A stretch of DNA of 64,000 bases, counting the filler, from Lama guanicoe (Eukaryota): assembly GCA_013239625.1 (NCBI GenBank). It is 76 parts of 76 records of this genome, joined end to end, with 100 filler letters (N's around TTAATTAATTAA, not from the genome) between each part and the next. Parts side by side here need not be neighbours in the genome. Positions count along the whole stretch, not along the records: positions 37,339 to 38,093 come from PNXV01017717.1; positions 38,194 to 39,137 come from MU055986.1; positions 39,238 to 39,776 come from PNXV01017723.1; positions 39,877 to 40,332 come from MU055987.1; positions 40,433 to 41,124 come from PNXV01017728.1; positions 41,225 to 41,689 come from PNXV01017730.1; positions 41,790 to 42,272 come from PNXV01017731.1; positions 42,373 to 42,957 come from MU055990.1; 68 more parts are not named here. One strand, given 5' to 3'. How positions within the stretch are numbered: the first letter of the stretch is position 1; each line of letters starts with the position of its first letter. Both the position numbers and the translations under genes were made by a program. Shown in pieces: positions 38,069 to 49,242 of this stretch. Below the pieces are notes generated by a model, which saw nothing but the letters and a program-made list of their open reading frames with translations, was not told where the DNA came from and did not search any database.

Positions 38069-39876
38069 CAGCATCTGAGTGTCACTGAAAGCANNNNNNN
38101 NNNNNNNNNNNNNNNNNNNNNNNNNNNNNNNNNNNNNTTAATTAATTAANNNNNNNNNNNNNNNNNNNNNNNNNNNNNNNNNNNNNNNNNNNNAAGGCTA
38201 CAGTTGCAACTAACGATGTATAAAATCTCATCATTCACAAGTCCAACAAGTAGTGAGGACTTCACATGGGCCAGGCACTGGACAGATGAAAAGATAGGGT
38301 CCCAGATATATTCATGGGTAGAAGAAGTTTATGCCATAAAGACATTAATTCTTCCTGTTTTGATAGGCAGATTCATTGCAATTCTGATTAGAATTCCTGC
38401 CAGATTTTTCTTGGAATGTAACAAGTTAATTTATGGTCAGGAATAGCCAAGAAATTTCTTTAGAACCACCACTGCGGAGGAGTGGATAGGTCATTCATTT
38501 CCACTGCTCTTTCTGAAGTGATAAAAACGTTCTGGCTGCACCACTGTGAATATGCTGAAAGCTGCTGAATTGTACCATTTAAATGGATGGACTTCATGGT
38601 GTGTGAACTATATCACAATAACACTGTTACATGAAGAAATATTTCTTGACAATTATTTTTCTGTTTATAACACTAGTCTGTCCCACAATTTAGGAAAAAC
38701 AAAAAAACAAAACAAAACAAACTGTGCCAGGAGCTCTTTAGGACTGCAATGTCCCTGGGTCTCCAAGGCCTCTGGTGGTGCTGTTCCTGTTAACCCACAC
38801 TAGCTGGGCTGGGCTAGTTAGGGACTGTAANNNNNNNNNNNNNNNNNNNNNNNNNNNNNNNNGAGGGAAGGAAGGAGGATGTCACAGCCTCATGCCTTCA
38901 GCACATTTTTAACAGAACCAAGCCCTGCTTTCACCACTGCAATCCCTCTCACTATAAAAACACTTGACATCAACAAGCACCGCCATCATAACACCTGAAA
39001 GTGTTAAAAGTACTTACCTGCAGCAGAAACACTGAGGGAGGAGACAGAAGCTCTCTTCGCACTGAAGCTCCCTTTTCCCGACTCCAAATGGAGAAGCAGG
39101 GCGTTACAGCCTGAGGCTCTCAGCCCAGGGAGCAGTGNNNNNNNNNNNNNNNNNNNNNNNNNNNNNNNNNNNNNNNNNNNNTTAATTAATTAANNNNNNN
39201 NNNNNNNNNNNNNNNNNNNNNNNNNNNNNNNNNNNNNGACCACCCCAGCGTGCCCGAATGGTGACTATGAGGTGGAGCCAGACCACAGACCCGAGGGGAA
39301 CGGTTTTCTGAAAACTCATAATATCAAGACCTTTTATATTATGCCCTTGCATCAGTGAAAGGTAGGTTCCAGAACTCCTCCCATGCTGAGCCTTCTCAAA
39401 GACTGATGGCTCCTTCTTTCTCCTCAGATCACTGCTTCTCGGGCTTGAGCTCTGTGCACACTGGAGGGTGCCCCTGCTAACCTTGTTCCTGGGTCCAGGC
39501 TTAGGCCATGTGGGACCATGGGGTCCTCCAGGGCTGGGCCATCCTGCATCCTCCCACACCTCCCCTCTGCCTCTCCTGTAATCAGGTTAGAGAACCCTCT
39601 GCAGGAGGTCAGGGATGGGGTGCCGTATGGACTGAGGGGTCTGTGCACACAGGAAGGCTTGTGACCACCCTATGTGGTGCGCTGGAGGTCACTCTGCCCA
39701 GGGAAAGTGATCTGGACATGATCGAGGGTGACTGAGCCACTTCCAGGGCTCAGGTGAGGGGTATTGGGCTCAGGTGNNNNNNNNNNNNNNNNNNNNNNNN
39801 NNNNNNNNNNNNNNNNNNNNTTAATTAATTAANNNNNNNNNNNNNNNNNNNNNNNNNNNNNNNNNNNNNNNNNNNN

Positions 39877-40332
39877 AAGCAGTGCTAAGAGGAAAGTTTA
39901 GGGCGATACAGGCCTTCCTCATAAATGAAGAACAGTTTCAAAAAAACAATCTAACCCACCAGTTAAAAGAACTAGATACTGAAGAGTAAAAACACCCAAA
40001 AAGTCAGCAGAAGGAAGGAAATAATTAAGATCTGGGAGGAAATAAATAAAATAGAGANNNNNNNNNNNNNNNNNNNNNNNNNNNNNNNNNNNNNNNNNNN
40101 NNNNNNNNNNNNNNNNNNNNAATAGAGAAAATAATCAATCAAACCAAAAGCAATTTTTTGAAAGAGTAAATAAAATCGAGAACCTCTGGCCAAACTCACA
40201 AAGAAGAAAAAAGAGAGAGCACAAATTTGCAAAATAAGAAAGGAAAATGGAGAAATTACTACAAATAAGATAGAAATATAGAGTATCATATGAGAATATC
40301 ATGAAAAACTACATAAAAAAAGGGATAACCTA
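39877..40332 (+). mobile_element. LINE-1 ORF2 fragment
   Basis: KAVLRGKFRAIQAF...SRRKEIIKI...PLAKLTKKKKERAQICKIRKENGEITT. Confidence 0.95.
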
Positions 40333-40501
40333 NNNNNNNNNNNNNNNNNNNNNNNNNNNNNNNNNNNNNNNNNNNNTTAATTAATTAANNNNNNNNNNNN
40401 NNNNNNNNNNNNNNNNNNNNNNNNNNNNNNNNGTGTAATCACCCTTACAGTTAAGATACTAAATGGTTCCATGACTCCCAAAACCTCCTTCAGGCTATTC
40501 C

Positions 40502-40644
40502 TTTTTTTTTAAGTTAGGTTATTTTGGGGGGAGTACTTAGGTTTATTTATATATTTACTTTTTAGAGGAGGTACTGGGAACTGAACCCAGGACCTCGTGC
40601 ATGCTAAGCATGTGCTCTACCACTTTGAGCTATACCCTCCCCCA
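40502..40644 (-). mobile_element. Full-length tRNA-Ala-derived SINE (Vic-1 type) inserted in an old L1 3' end
   Basis: Reverse complement GGGGAGGGTATAGCTCAAAGTGGTAGAGCACATGCTTAGCATGCACGAGGTCCTGGGTTCAGTTCCCAGTACCTCC; gctattc flanks both sides. Confidence 0.92.
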
Positions 40645-41789
40645 CCATGCTATTCATTTTTAATCAGCCTTACCCATGACAACCACTGATCAATTCTTTA
40701 TCATTACAGTTTTTCTTTCCAAGAGCATCATATAAAGGCATCGTGCATTACATGAGCTTTAGAGACTGGATCCTTTCACCCAGTATATCTTTGTGATCTA
40801 GCCAACGGCTGCACGGAGCCATAATCCATTCTCCTTATTGCTGAGTGGTACCCAAATACGCAGACATACCAAAGTCTGTTTATGTACCCACTTACTTAAA
40901 GACATTTGAGTTATTCCCACTTTTTTACGAATATGGATAAAGTTGCTATGAGCATTCATGTAAAAGATTTATGTTTCATTCTGTGAGGTAATCAGATTTC
41001 ATTCCCCGTGGTAAATTCTCAAGAATAGCATCATTAGGTGATACAGTAGGGAGTGTTTAACCGTATAAGAAACTAGCAAACTGTTCACCTCAGCAGCTGT
41101 ACAGTATTCCTACTTCCCACCAGCNNNNNNNNNNNNNNNNNNNNNNNNNNNNNNNNNNNNNNNNNNNNTTAATTAATTAANNNNNNNNNNNNNNNNNNNN
41201 NNNNNNNNNNNNNNNNNNNNNNNNACGGTGGTCACCCGGGGGTTGAGTGTTTGTGTCCTGAATGTGAAAATGTTTGGTCCCCTGTTCAATATTGCAGCCA
41301 CAACTTCACATGACTCAGGGCATTATTTCCACCAGAAAACCATAAAAACATAAACAACCTCTGTTTCCCAAAGTGTTTGTTCTCGATCTGAGGTGATTGT
41401 CCTGTGGTGGGAGGTAAGTGGGCGATGGGGCCTATTACATCACCCCATTTCACTAAAAGTCTACCTTGCCGCTTTTCACCCTACTCCTAGAATATCTGTT
41501 ACACCTAGGCCTGTAAGACGGGCTTGCCTGAATCCTCACGTGAAGAGGGACGGTTATGTGTAGTTTTAAAAAATTGCTTGGGTCATGTGGTCCTTCATTC
41601 CCTCCATTGGAAATCACTATTCCAGGGCAAATAGTATGCCTCTATAGAAACTGTATTGTTTGTAAGATGTCTTCAGAAGTTTTGCAGTANNNNNNNNNNN
41701 NNNNNNNNNNNNNNNNNNNNNNNNNNNNNNNNNTTAATTAATTAANNNNNNNNNNNNNNNNNNNNNNNNNNNNNNNNNNNNNNNNNNNN

Positions 41790-42272
41790 ATAGGAGAAGC
41801 AACGAAGTCCAAGTAAATATATCAAATTGCATAGGTAACATTTCTGGTGGTTAAAATATCTGTCATGCGCATGTTCACCACTCAGAAATGAATGTTTGAG
41901 GAATCCGTGTTGCATGAAACATGTTCGGAATACGGAATGCCTTGGTTATGTAAATAATTTAAAATACATATGTAATTTTTAGAATAAGCTCAAAGAGATT
42001 TTTCTGGTGCCAAATGTCCGATTTTAGAACCTGGTGATACATAAAACCAATGAAGTCAGTTTAAATATTTTAAAGTGTATATATGCCTTGTTTGGTGGAT
42101 GAAAGGTCAGTAATCCACATGCTGAGAACTCAGAAACATATGTTTTCCGAATCCGTCATGCATGTAGCATGTACGGAAACCGGAATGCCATGTTGATGGA
42201 ATTAACCGGAATGCCATGTTGAAGGAATTCATTTAATTTATATATCTATTAGGTGGAAAAAGCTCCAGAAGT
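41790..42272 (+). repeat. Satellite family E, two diverged ~248-bp monomers
   Basis: tcagaaa...gaatccgt..tgcatg...catgt.cggaa..cggaatgcc at 41882 and 42130; second monomer has a 26-bp internal duplication (about 42180-42231). Confidence 0.8.
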
Positions 42273-42473
42273 NNNNNNNNNNNNNNNNNNNNNNNNNNNN
42301 NNNNNNNNNNNNNNNNTTAATTAATTAANNNNNNNNNNNNNNNNNNNNNNNNNNNNNNNNNNNNNNNNNNNNGGAACTTGGGTTCTGCAAGCCTAGAGTA
42401 ATGCAGCATTTTTCTCCTTTCTAATCATGATGTTGGGGTTTTAACAGCAAATTTTAAAAATCCTGTGGAACTC

Positions 42474-42587
42474 TTTTTTTGGGGGGGNNNNNNNNNNNNN
42501 NNNNNNTTTTTAATGGGGTACTGAGGACTGAACCCACAACCTCGTGCATGCTAAGGATGCGCTCTAACACCGAGCTCTACCCTCCCC
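42474..42587 (-). mobile_element. tRNA-Ala-derived SINE (Vic-1 type)
   Basis: ggggtactgaggactgaacccacaacctcgtgcatgctaaggatgcgctctaacaccgagctctaccctcccc. Confidence 0.85.
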
Positions 42588-43229
42588 GCTGAACTAACAC
42601 AGGGGCTAGTAGGACCCAACTTCCCCTCAGTCAGTGTTTGTATGAGGATCCCTGAAATGCAGCAGGAAAGGATGTTGCATTATTCTTACTCACTCTATTT
42701 GATTAAGTATTTTTCATTTTCTTCCACAGAATTCAAGCTGTGCCCTAAGTAAAAGTTACTCTTTATTTTAGTGCATATTTGTCGATGTAGACACGTATTT
42801 TTCAGACTGAATTCAGACATTTCCCCTCAATAAGTATTTCTGAGCGAATGAGCAGATGGCTGGTTGGATGGATGGGTGGGTGGGTGGGTGGATGGAACAG
42901 CCTTCTCCATTGTACAGCTCTTGTCTGGGGTCTAATTTGACATCCAAATTCACCTTTNNNNNNNNNNNNNNNNNNNNNNNNNNNNNNNNNNNNNNNNNNN
43001 NTTAATTAATTAANNNNNNNNNNNNNNNNNNNNNNNNNNNNNNNNNNNNNNNNNNNNATTATTGACTATCCATTTCTTTCATTTATGGATCAACAGTTAT
43101 GTCATTGGCTTAAAATTGCAAATTAGAAATTAACCAAACACTGTAAATCAACTCTACTTCAATTAAAGAAAGAACCGTAAAAAAATAAAAATAAAAAAGG
43201 AATATTTGACAGAGATGTATGTTCCCTGC

Positions 43230-43281
43230 CAGGTCTGAAATATTTAATATCTGGCCCTTTTCAGAAAGTTTGTCACCCCTT
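43230..43281. mobile_element. MER58-like (hAT) DNA transposon terminal fragment
   Basis: ctgaaatatttaatatctggcccttttcagaaagtttgtcacccct resembles the recalled MER58 end. Confidence 0.6.
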
Positions 43282-43329
43282 ATAACTTTGGCAAAGAGCA
43301 AAGCAGCCAAGTATACAGCAGATCTTTCA

Positions 43330-43711
43330 TGATCCTGCCCCGCCTGCTCCTCAGCACCCTCCGCCCCGCTCTCCCGGCTCTGAGCCCCCCGGGGACGGAA
43401 CCTTACCGGGCCCTGGTTCTCACGGTGACCTCGTCCGTCCGGGAAGGTCAGCTCCTGGCGACGACCGCTGACTCAGGCTTCCTCGGGAACGGCACCTCCG
43501 GAAACAGGGCACTTCGGCCGCCCCTCGCAAGTCTTTTCTTTCTTTACACCCACCGGGCCATGAATTCACAGGAGTGGGTTTCCACGGGGCTGGCTCCTTC
43601 CCCTCGGCTCTCACGCCGCCCGCCTCTGGCCGCAGCAGGCTGGCGCATCACCGGAGCCCTCTCTGCTTTCCCTCTTTCTCAGACCACTTCCCCGACACGT
43701 GTCAGGAAGTG
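43330..43711. promoter_or_regulatory. CpG-island-like segment ending in an ETS / E-box / ETS palindrome
   Basis: High GC and CpG; GC box ccgccccg near 43361; cacttcc-cc-gacacgtgtc-a-ggaagtg at 43685-43711. Confidence 0.5.
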
Positions 43712-44014
43712 CTCCCGCTCCGGCGGCGGGAACCGGGCCCTTGTTCGTTCACAGCGATGCCAGCAGCGCGCTGGGTGCCGCCGCCACCGCCCGCCTCCCG
43801 CCGCCGTCTCCCGCCTCCCGCCGCCGCCTGCCGCCGCCCGCAGCGCTCCCGCTCCGCGCGGCGGGAACCGGGCCCTTGTTCGTACACAGCGATGCCAGCA
43901 GCGTGCTGGGTGCCGCCGCCGCCGCCTCCTGCCGCCGTCTCCCGCCTCCCACCGCCGCCCGCCGCCGCCCGCCGCGCTCCCGCTCCGCGCGGCGGGAACC
44001 GGGCCCTTGTTCGT
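43711..44014. repeat. GC-rich tandem repeat, ~131-135-bp unit (2.3 units visible, runs off the scaffold)
   Basis: aaccgggcccttgttcgt at 43731, 43866, 43997; each unit contains variable CCG tracts. Confidence 0.95.
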
Positions 44015-44114
44015 NNNNNNNNNNNNNNNNNNNNNNNNNNNNNNNNNNNNNNNNNNNNTTAATTAATTAANNNNNNNNNNNNNNNNNNNNNNNNNNNNNN
44101 NNNNNNNNNNNNNN

Positions 44115-45112
44115 GTAATTATTGATAAATATGTGTTTATTGCCATTTTAAACTTTATTTTCCGGTTGATTTGATGTTTCTTCTTTGTTTCTTTTTATTC
44201 CTTTTGCTTTTCTTTTAGTGGTTTGATCATTTTCTTTTGTATTGGCTTGGTTTCTTTTTGGTTTTTATGACTCTATTGTATGTTTTTGATTTGTAGTTAC
44301 CCTGTTTTTCAAGTATGTTATATACAAACTACTATATCTGTTTGCTTTAGACTGGTAGTTATATAGGCTCAGACACATCCTAAGAAGAATGAAGGGGAAA
44401 AAAAGGGAAAAAAAAGTATATCTTCCTGCTCCTCTCTCCCACCTTTTATGATTTTAATGTCTTTTTTTTTTAATACCTTCATGTTTATTCTCTTGCAACT
44501 CACTGTAGTTATTGCATTTCCAGTTATGGTTTTGTCATTTCTATAATTTCCTGGTTTTCTATTTAGGGAAGACCTTTCAATTTCTTTTAGAATAGGTTTG
44601 GTATTGCTGAATTCTTTTTTTTTTTTTTTCCCTTATCTGTGACATTCTTTCTCTCTCCTTCTAGTGTAAAGAATAGTCTTGCTGGATAGTATGCTAGGTT
44701 GCAGCTTTTTCTCATTCAGGACTGAATATATGTTGCCACTCCCTTCTGGCCAGGAGTGTTTTTGTAGAGAAATCAGCTGAAAGCCTTATGGATGTTCCAT
44801 TATAACTAATTCTTTGTTTTTCTCTTGCTGCTTTTAGAATAATTTCTTTAACTTTGGCCCTCTTAATTATGTCTTGGTATAGGTCTGTTTGGTTTCTTCT
44901 TGTGGACCCTCTGTGCTTCCTGTACTTGGGTATCTGATTCCTTCTTTAGGTTTGGGAAGTTTCCAGTCATGATTTCTTCAAATACCTTTTCAGTCTCCTT
45001 TTTTCTTTCTTGTCCTTCTGAAACCCCAGTCCTTCTGAAACCCCTATTATGCATAGATTGGCGCACTTTATATTATCCCATAGGTCCCTTTATTGCTTTC
45101 ATTGGTTTTTAC
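44115..45112 (-). mobile_element. LINE-1 ORF1 C-terminal half and downstream region, decayed
   Basis: GVSEGQERKKETEKVFEEIMTGNFPNLKKESDTQVQEAQRV...NRPIPRH is L1 ORF1p. Confidence 0.92.
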
Positions 45113-45212
45113 NNNNNNNNNNNNNNNNNNNNNNNNNNNNNNNNNNNNNNNNNNNNTTAATTAATTAANNNNNNNNNNNNNNNNNNNNNNNNNNNNNNNN
45201 NNNNNNNNNNNN

Positions 45213-46444
45213 CACAAACAACTTTAACAAAGTACAAAGAGGATGTGTCAATATCCCTTATTTTAAACTATAACACAAAACTATAGAATTAAAAAGAATA
45301 TGGTAGTGGCAAAGAACAAACAGAATAATGGAACACAACAGAATGCCTGAAAATGAAATCGGACACTTATGGTCATTAAGCCCATTCCAAAAAATGAATA
45401 AACAGTCGGGGAAAGGTAACCACCAGGCACATGAAACCGATCAACATCACTGACAATCAGAAAAATGCAAGTCCAAAACACAATGAGATTTTACGTCACT
45501 CCTGTCAGAATGACTATTATCAAAAAGGTAACAAACATAAGTGTTGGTTAGGATGAAAGAAAAACAACCCTGATGCACTGCTGGAGTGAATGTAAATATG
45601 TGATTCCACTGTGGAAAACAACATGGAGCTTTAAATAAAAATTAATAATGAAATTTAATCCAAAGTATACATATCAGGATACTTATACCAAGAAAATAAA
45701 AACACTAATTAGAAAANNNNNNNNNNNNNNNNNNNNNNNNNNNNNNNNNNNNNNNNNNNNNNNNNNNNNNNNNNNNNNNNNNNNNNNNNNNNNNNNNNNN
45801 NNNNNNNNNNNNNNNNNNNNNNNNNNNNNNNNNNNNNNNNNNNNNNNNNNNNNNNNNNNNNNNNNNNNNNNNNNNNNNNNNNNNNNNNNNNNNNNNNNNN
45901 NNNNNNNNNNNNNNNNNNNNNNNNNNNNNNNNNNNNNNNNNNNNNNNNNNNNNNNNNNNNNNNNNNNNNTATTACTCAGCTCTAAAAAGTATAAGTTCTT
46001 GCAATTTGCAATAAATGGGTTGACCAAGAGTGTAATATGCTAAGTGAAATAAGTCAGAAATTGATGACAAATGTTGAATGAATTTACTCATATTTGGAAT
46101 TTAAAACAAAAGGACATAACAACACAGAAAATTAATTATAGATATAGAAAGAAACAGGTTGTTCACAAGAAGGAGGGAAATGGGGTGAGGAAAAGAAAAT
46201 TTGAGGAATTTAAGGGAGAAAATTTTCCAGTTGCAAATTAAATGAGTCAGGGACAAGAAATGTACTGTATGGGAAATAGCCAATAACTATTAAATATCTT
46301 TAAATAGCAACATAACATAACTAGATATATTCTGGTGATCTGTTTGAAATACATTAAAAACAGCAAACAGTACGTTGTATAAGAGAAACTAACATAGTGT
46401 TATAGATAAAAGTACACTTCAAAAACAAACAAACATACACATAG
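45213..46444 (+). mobile_element. Degenerate, internally deleted L1 3' region (amplified unit)
   Basis: Reverse complement of 36292-37238 and 27376-28133. Confidence 0.85.
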
Positions 46445-46835
46445 NNNNNNNNNNNNNNNNNNNNNNNNNNNNNNNNNNNNNNNNNNNNTTAATTAATTAA
46501 NNNNNNNNNNNNNNNNNNNNNNNNNNNNNNNNNNNNNNNNNNNNCTCCAGAAATTCTCTCTGTGAAGATGTCTGGGTGTAAATTTTTTTTCATTCTTTTT
46601 ATTTCTAGAATTATATTTGGTTATTACTCTCACAACTGCTAATTTGTCCAGATGCATAGTTTTAAGCTTAGAGTGATTTATCTTCCTTTCATCATGCTGA
46701 AAATGTCTCTCCTTAAACAGATTCATTATCACGGTGGCCCTGTTTTTTTTTTATTTCAATTTGAAATTATATAGGCAGAGGTATCTTTTCACCAATTGTT
46801 ACATCAATGTTTTGAACTATTTTAATATACATGCT

Positions 46836-47281
46836 GTTTACTAAAATAAAATTGTATAACATGAGAGTTGTGGATTAAGTTTTATTTGGGGCAAAATGAG
46901 GACTATAATCTAGGAGACAGCACCTCAGATGGCTCTGAGGACCTTTTCTGAAGAGGCAGGGGGAAATTCAATATTATATATGTAATTTTAGTGAAGGGNN
47001 NNNNNNNNNNNNNNNNNNNNNNNNNNNNNNNNNNNNNNNNNNNNNNNNNNNNNNNNNNNNNNNNNNNNNNNNNNNNNNNNNNNNNNNNNNNNNNNNNNNN
47101 NNNNNNNNNNNNNNNCTTCTCCTGAAAACATCTATCTGAAGCTCTATTTTGTCAGTTTTCCCACAGCACAAAGTGCTCCATTCCTGATCTCCACTGTGAA
47201 CTTTTAGGGAGTGTTGGAGGTCAGCGGCTACAGTGGCTTGTGATTGGTTATAGTACCAAGCAGAGATAGATGGCAAATGTT
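46836..47281 (-). mobile_element. Probable ERV1 (MER41-like) solo LTR
   Basis: agttttatttggggcaaaatgaggactata...ggagacagcacctcagat.gctctgag; cctgatctccac..tgaact; gatggcaaatg resemble recalled cetartiodactyl ERV1 LTRs. Confidence 0.55.
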
Positions 47282-47452
47282 ATAAACGATTATTCCCCTT
47301 AATATTTTTATTTGAATCATTTTTTGCTTACTTTTTTCTCCATTATAATTTTNNNNNNNNNNNNNNNNNNNNNNNNNNNNNNNNNNNNNNNNNNNNTTAA
47401 TTAATTAANNNNNNNNNNNNNNNNNNNNNNNNNNNNNNNNNNNNNNNNNNNN

Positions 47453-47680
47453 ACTGCTTCTTTATCCAGTCATCTGTTGATGGACATTTAGATGCTTCCA
47501 TGTCTAACGTACTATCAATAGCCAATATGGAAAATAGTATGGATTCTTTAAAAAGACTAAAGTGTTAGCATATGATCCAGCAATCCCACTCCTGGGCATA
47601 TATCCAGAGAAAACTCTAATTCAAAACATACATACACCCACTGCTGATAACAATACTATCTACAACAGCCAAGAGATGGA
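47453..47680 (-). mobile_element. LINE-1 with 5' inversion
   Basis: Antisense piece 47453-47520 is joined to a sense piece 47521-47680 from the immediately upstream part of L1. Confidence 0.75.
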
Positions 47681-48090
47681 TAACTTAAAAAAAATTCTTT
47701 TTCTTCTACACTCAGAACAAGCCACTTCAAGGACTTTCTATTTGAAACTTAACATCTGCAAAAGAAGTTGACATGATAACACAACTTACTACATTATCCT
47801 TGATGATGATTGGAAAATGAATTTCACTTTGCAGCTCATTCCTGTCAGAATAGTGATGTTGCTGCTTGGTACTCCTCTAAGCCATGGGTTTCAAAGTCAG
47901 CCTTTTCGAGCAGTTAAGGATTATTTTGGGATGATTTTGTACACATGGCAATGAGAGTGCTCATTGCATCAAGAACACATCATTTTAAAANNNNNNNNNN
48001 NNNNNNNNNNNNNNNNNNNNNNNNNNNNNNNNNNTTAATTAATTAANNNNNNNNNNNNNNNNNNNNNNNNNNNNNNNNNNNNNNNNNNNN

Positions 48091-48460
48091 AAAGCCAGGT
48101 CCCTTCCAGGAACTGCAAATAGTCTACAAGCGAGCACAGAGTGTGGGAGGCAGATGAGCAACCAGGTGGAGAGATCACAGGTGCACATCACACAGGACCC
48201 TGTGTGCCTCCAAGGTAGAGGAGACATGCAAAGTGATCTAGAAAGAGACAAGATAGAGGCAGGGAGGCCTATTGGCAGGTTCATGTGGAGGCCTGCTGAG
48301 GCCCTCTCAGGAGGAGAGAGAAGAAAACATTTCAGCAGGTGGACGGATTGGCCACAGGTGTGATGGAAGGGCAGGAAGAGGTCAAAGATGCCGGCCAGCT
48401 TTCTGGGTTTGGCAGTCTCTAAATTATAGTGCCATTCCCTGAAATAAGAAGGGCAAGAAT
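48091..48460. repeat. Low-copy duplicated segment, paralogue of 59598-59950
   Basis: agccaggtcccttccaggaactgcaaatagtcta ... taaattatagtgccattccctgaaat shared and colinear. Confidence 0.95.
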
Positions 48461-48804
48461 CTCCTAGCAGAAAACATAGGCAAAACATTATCTGACATAC
48501 ATTTCAAAAATTTTCTCNNNNNNNNNNNNNNNNNNNNNNNNNNNNNNNNNNNNNNNNNNNNTTAATTAATTAANNNNNNNNNNNNNNNNNNNNNNNNNNN
48601 NNNNNNNNNNNNNNNNNCTCAGCTTGCTCTGTTGGCCCCCTCGTCTGTGCTGCTCACAGTGTCTGTTGGCAAGAAGATCGTGCCTCTCCAACAGTGGGTC
48701 AGGTGCTGCTCTCCTTCACGGTGGGTGGTTGGGTCACTCCCACTCTGGATGCAGTAGTCAGTGCTGTGCCAGTTGTTCCATAGGTGGGCTCAGCTTCAAG
48801 AATG

Positions 48805-49142
48805 ACAGCTTTATGGAGATATAATTCACATACCATAAAATGCAGCATTTGAAAGTGTGCATTAGGGTTTTAAGTACATTTCAGGGTTGTCTAGCCATCA
48901 CTCCCAAAAGGAAACAGTACCCTTTAGTAAGTCACTCCCTAACCTTCCTTTCCTTTAGCCCCCAGCAGCCACCACTCTACTTTCTGCCTCTACGGATTTG
49001 CCTGTTCTGAGCATTTCATATAAGTATAACCATACAGTATTCTGCTTTTTTTATTGTCGTCTTTCATTTAGTGTGACGTTGTCAAGGCTCATCCATATAT
49101 CAGTACCCAAATTCTTTTTTGTGTTCAAATAATATGCCATTG
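48805..49142 (-). mobile_element. Old LINE-1 (L1MB-type) 3' end
   Basis: cagctttatggagatataattcacataccataaaa; ctactttctgcctctacggatttgcctgttctg. Confidence 0.88.
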
Positions 49143-49242
49143 NNNNNNNNNNNNNNNNNNNNNNNNNNNNNNNNNNNNNNNNNNNNTTAATTAATTAANN
49201 NNNNNNNNNNNNNNNNNNNNNNNNNNNNNNNNNNNNNNNNNN

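Noticed and set aside
39010..39575. Candidate minus-strand exons (CAG|GTAAGT donor near 39018; terminal exon 39575-39424 ending REAVI*)
   Set aside because: On different scaffolds; each has only one splice signal, the acceptor has a weak pyrimidine tract, and neither peptide is recognisable.
14893..42587. tRNA-Ala genes
   Set aside because: They carry A-rich SINE tails and decayed stems; these are SINEs, not tRNAs.
43329..44070. Three overlapping Ala/Pro/Arg-rich ORFs
   Set aside because: Stop-free because of extreme GC content in a tandem repeat; the 131-bp unit shifts the frame; no recognisable domain.
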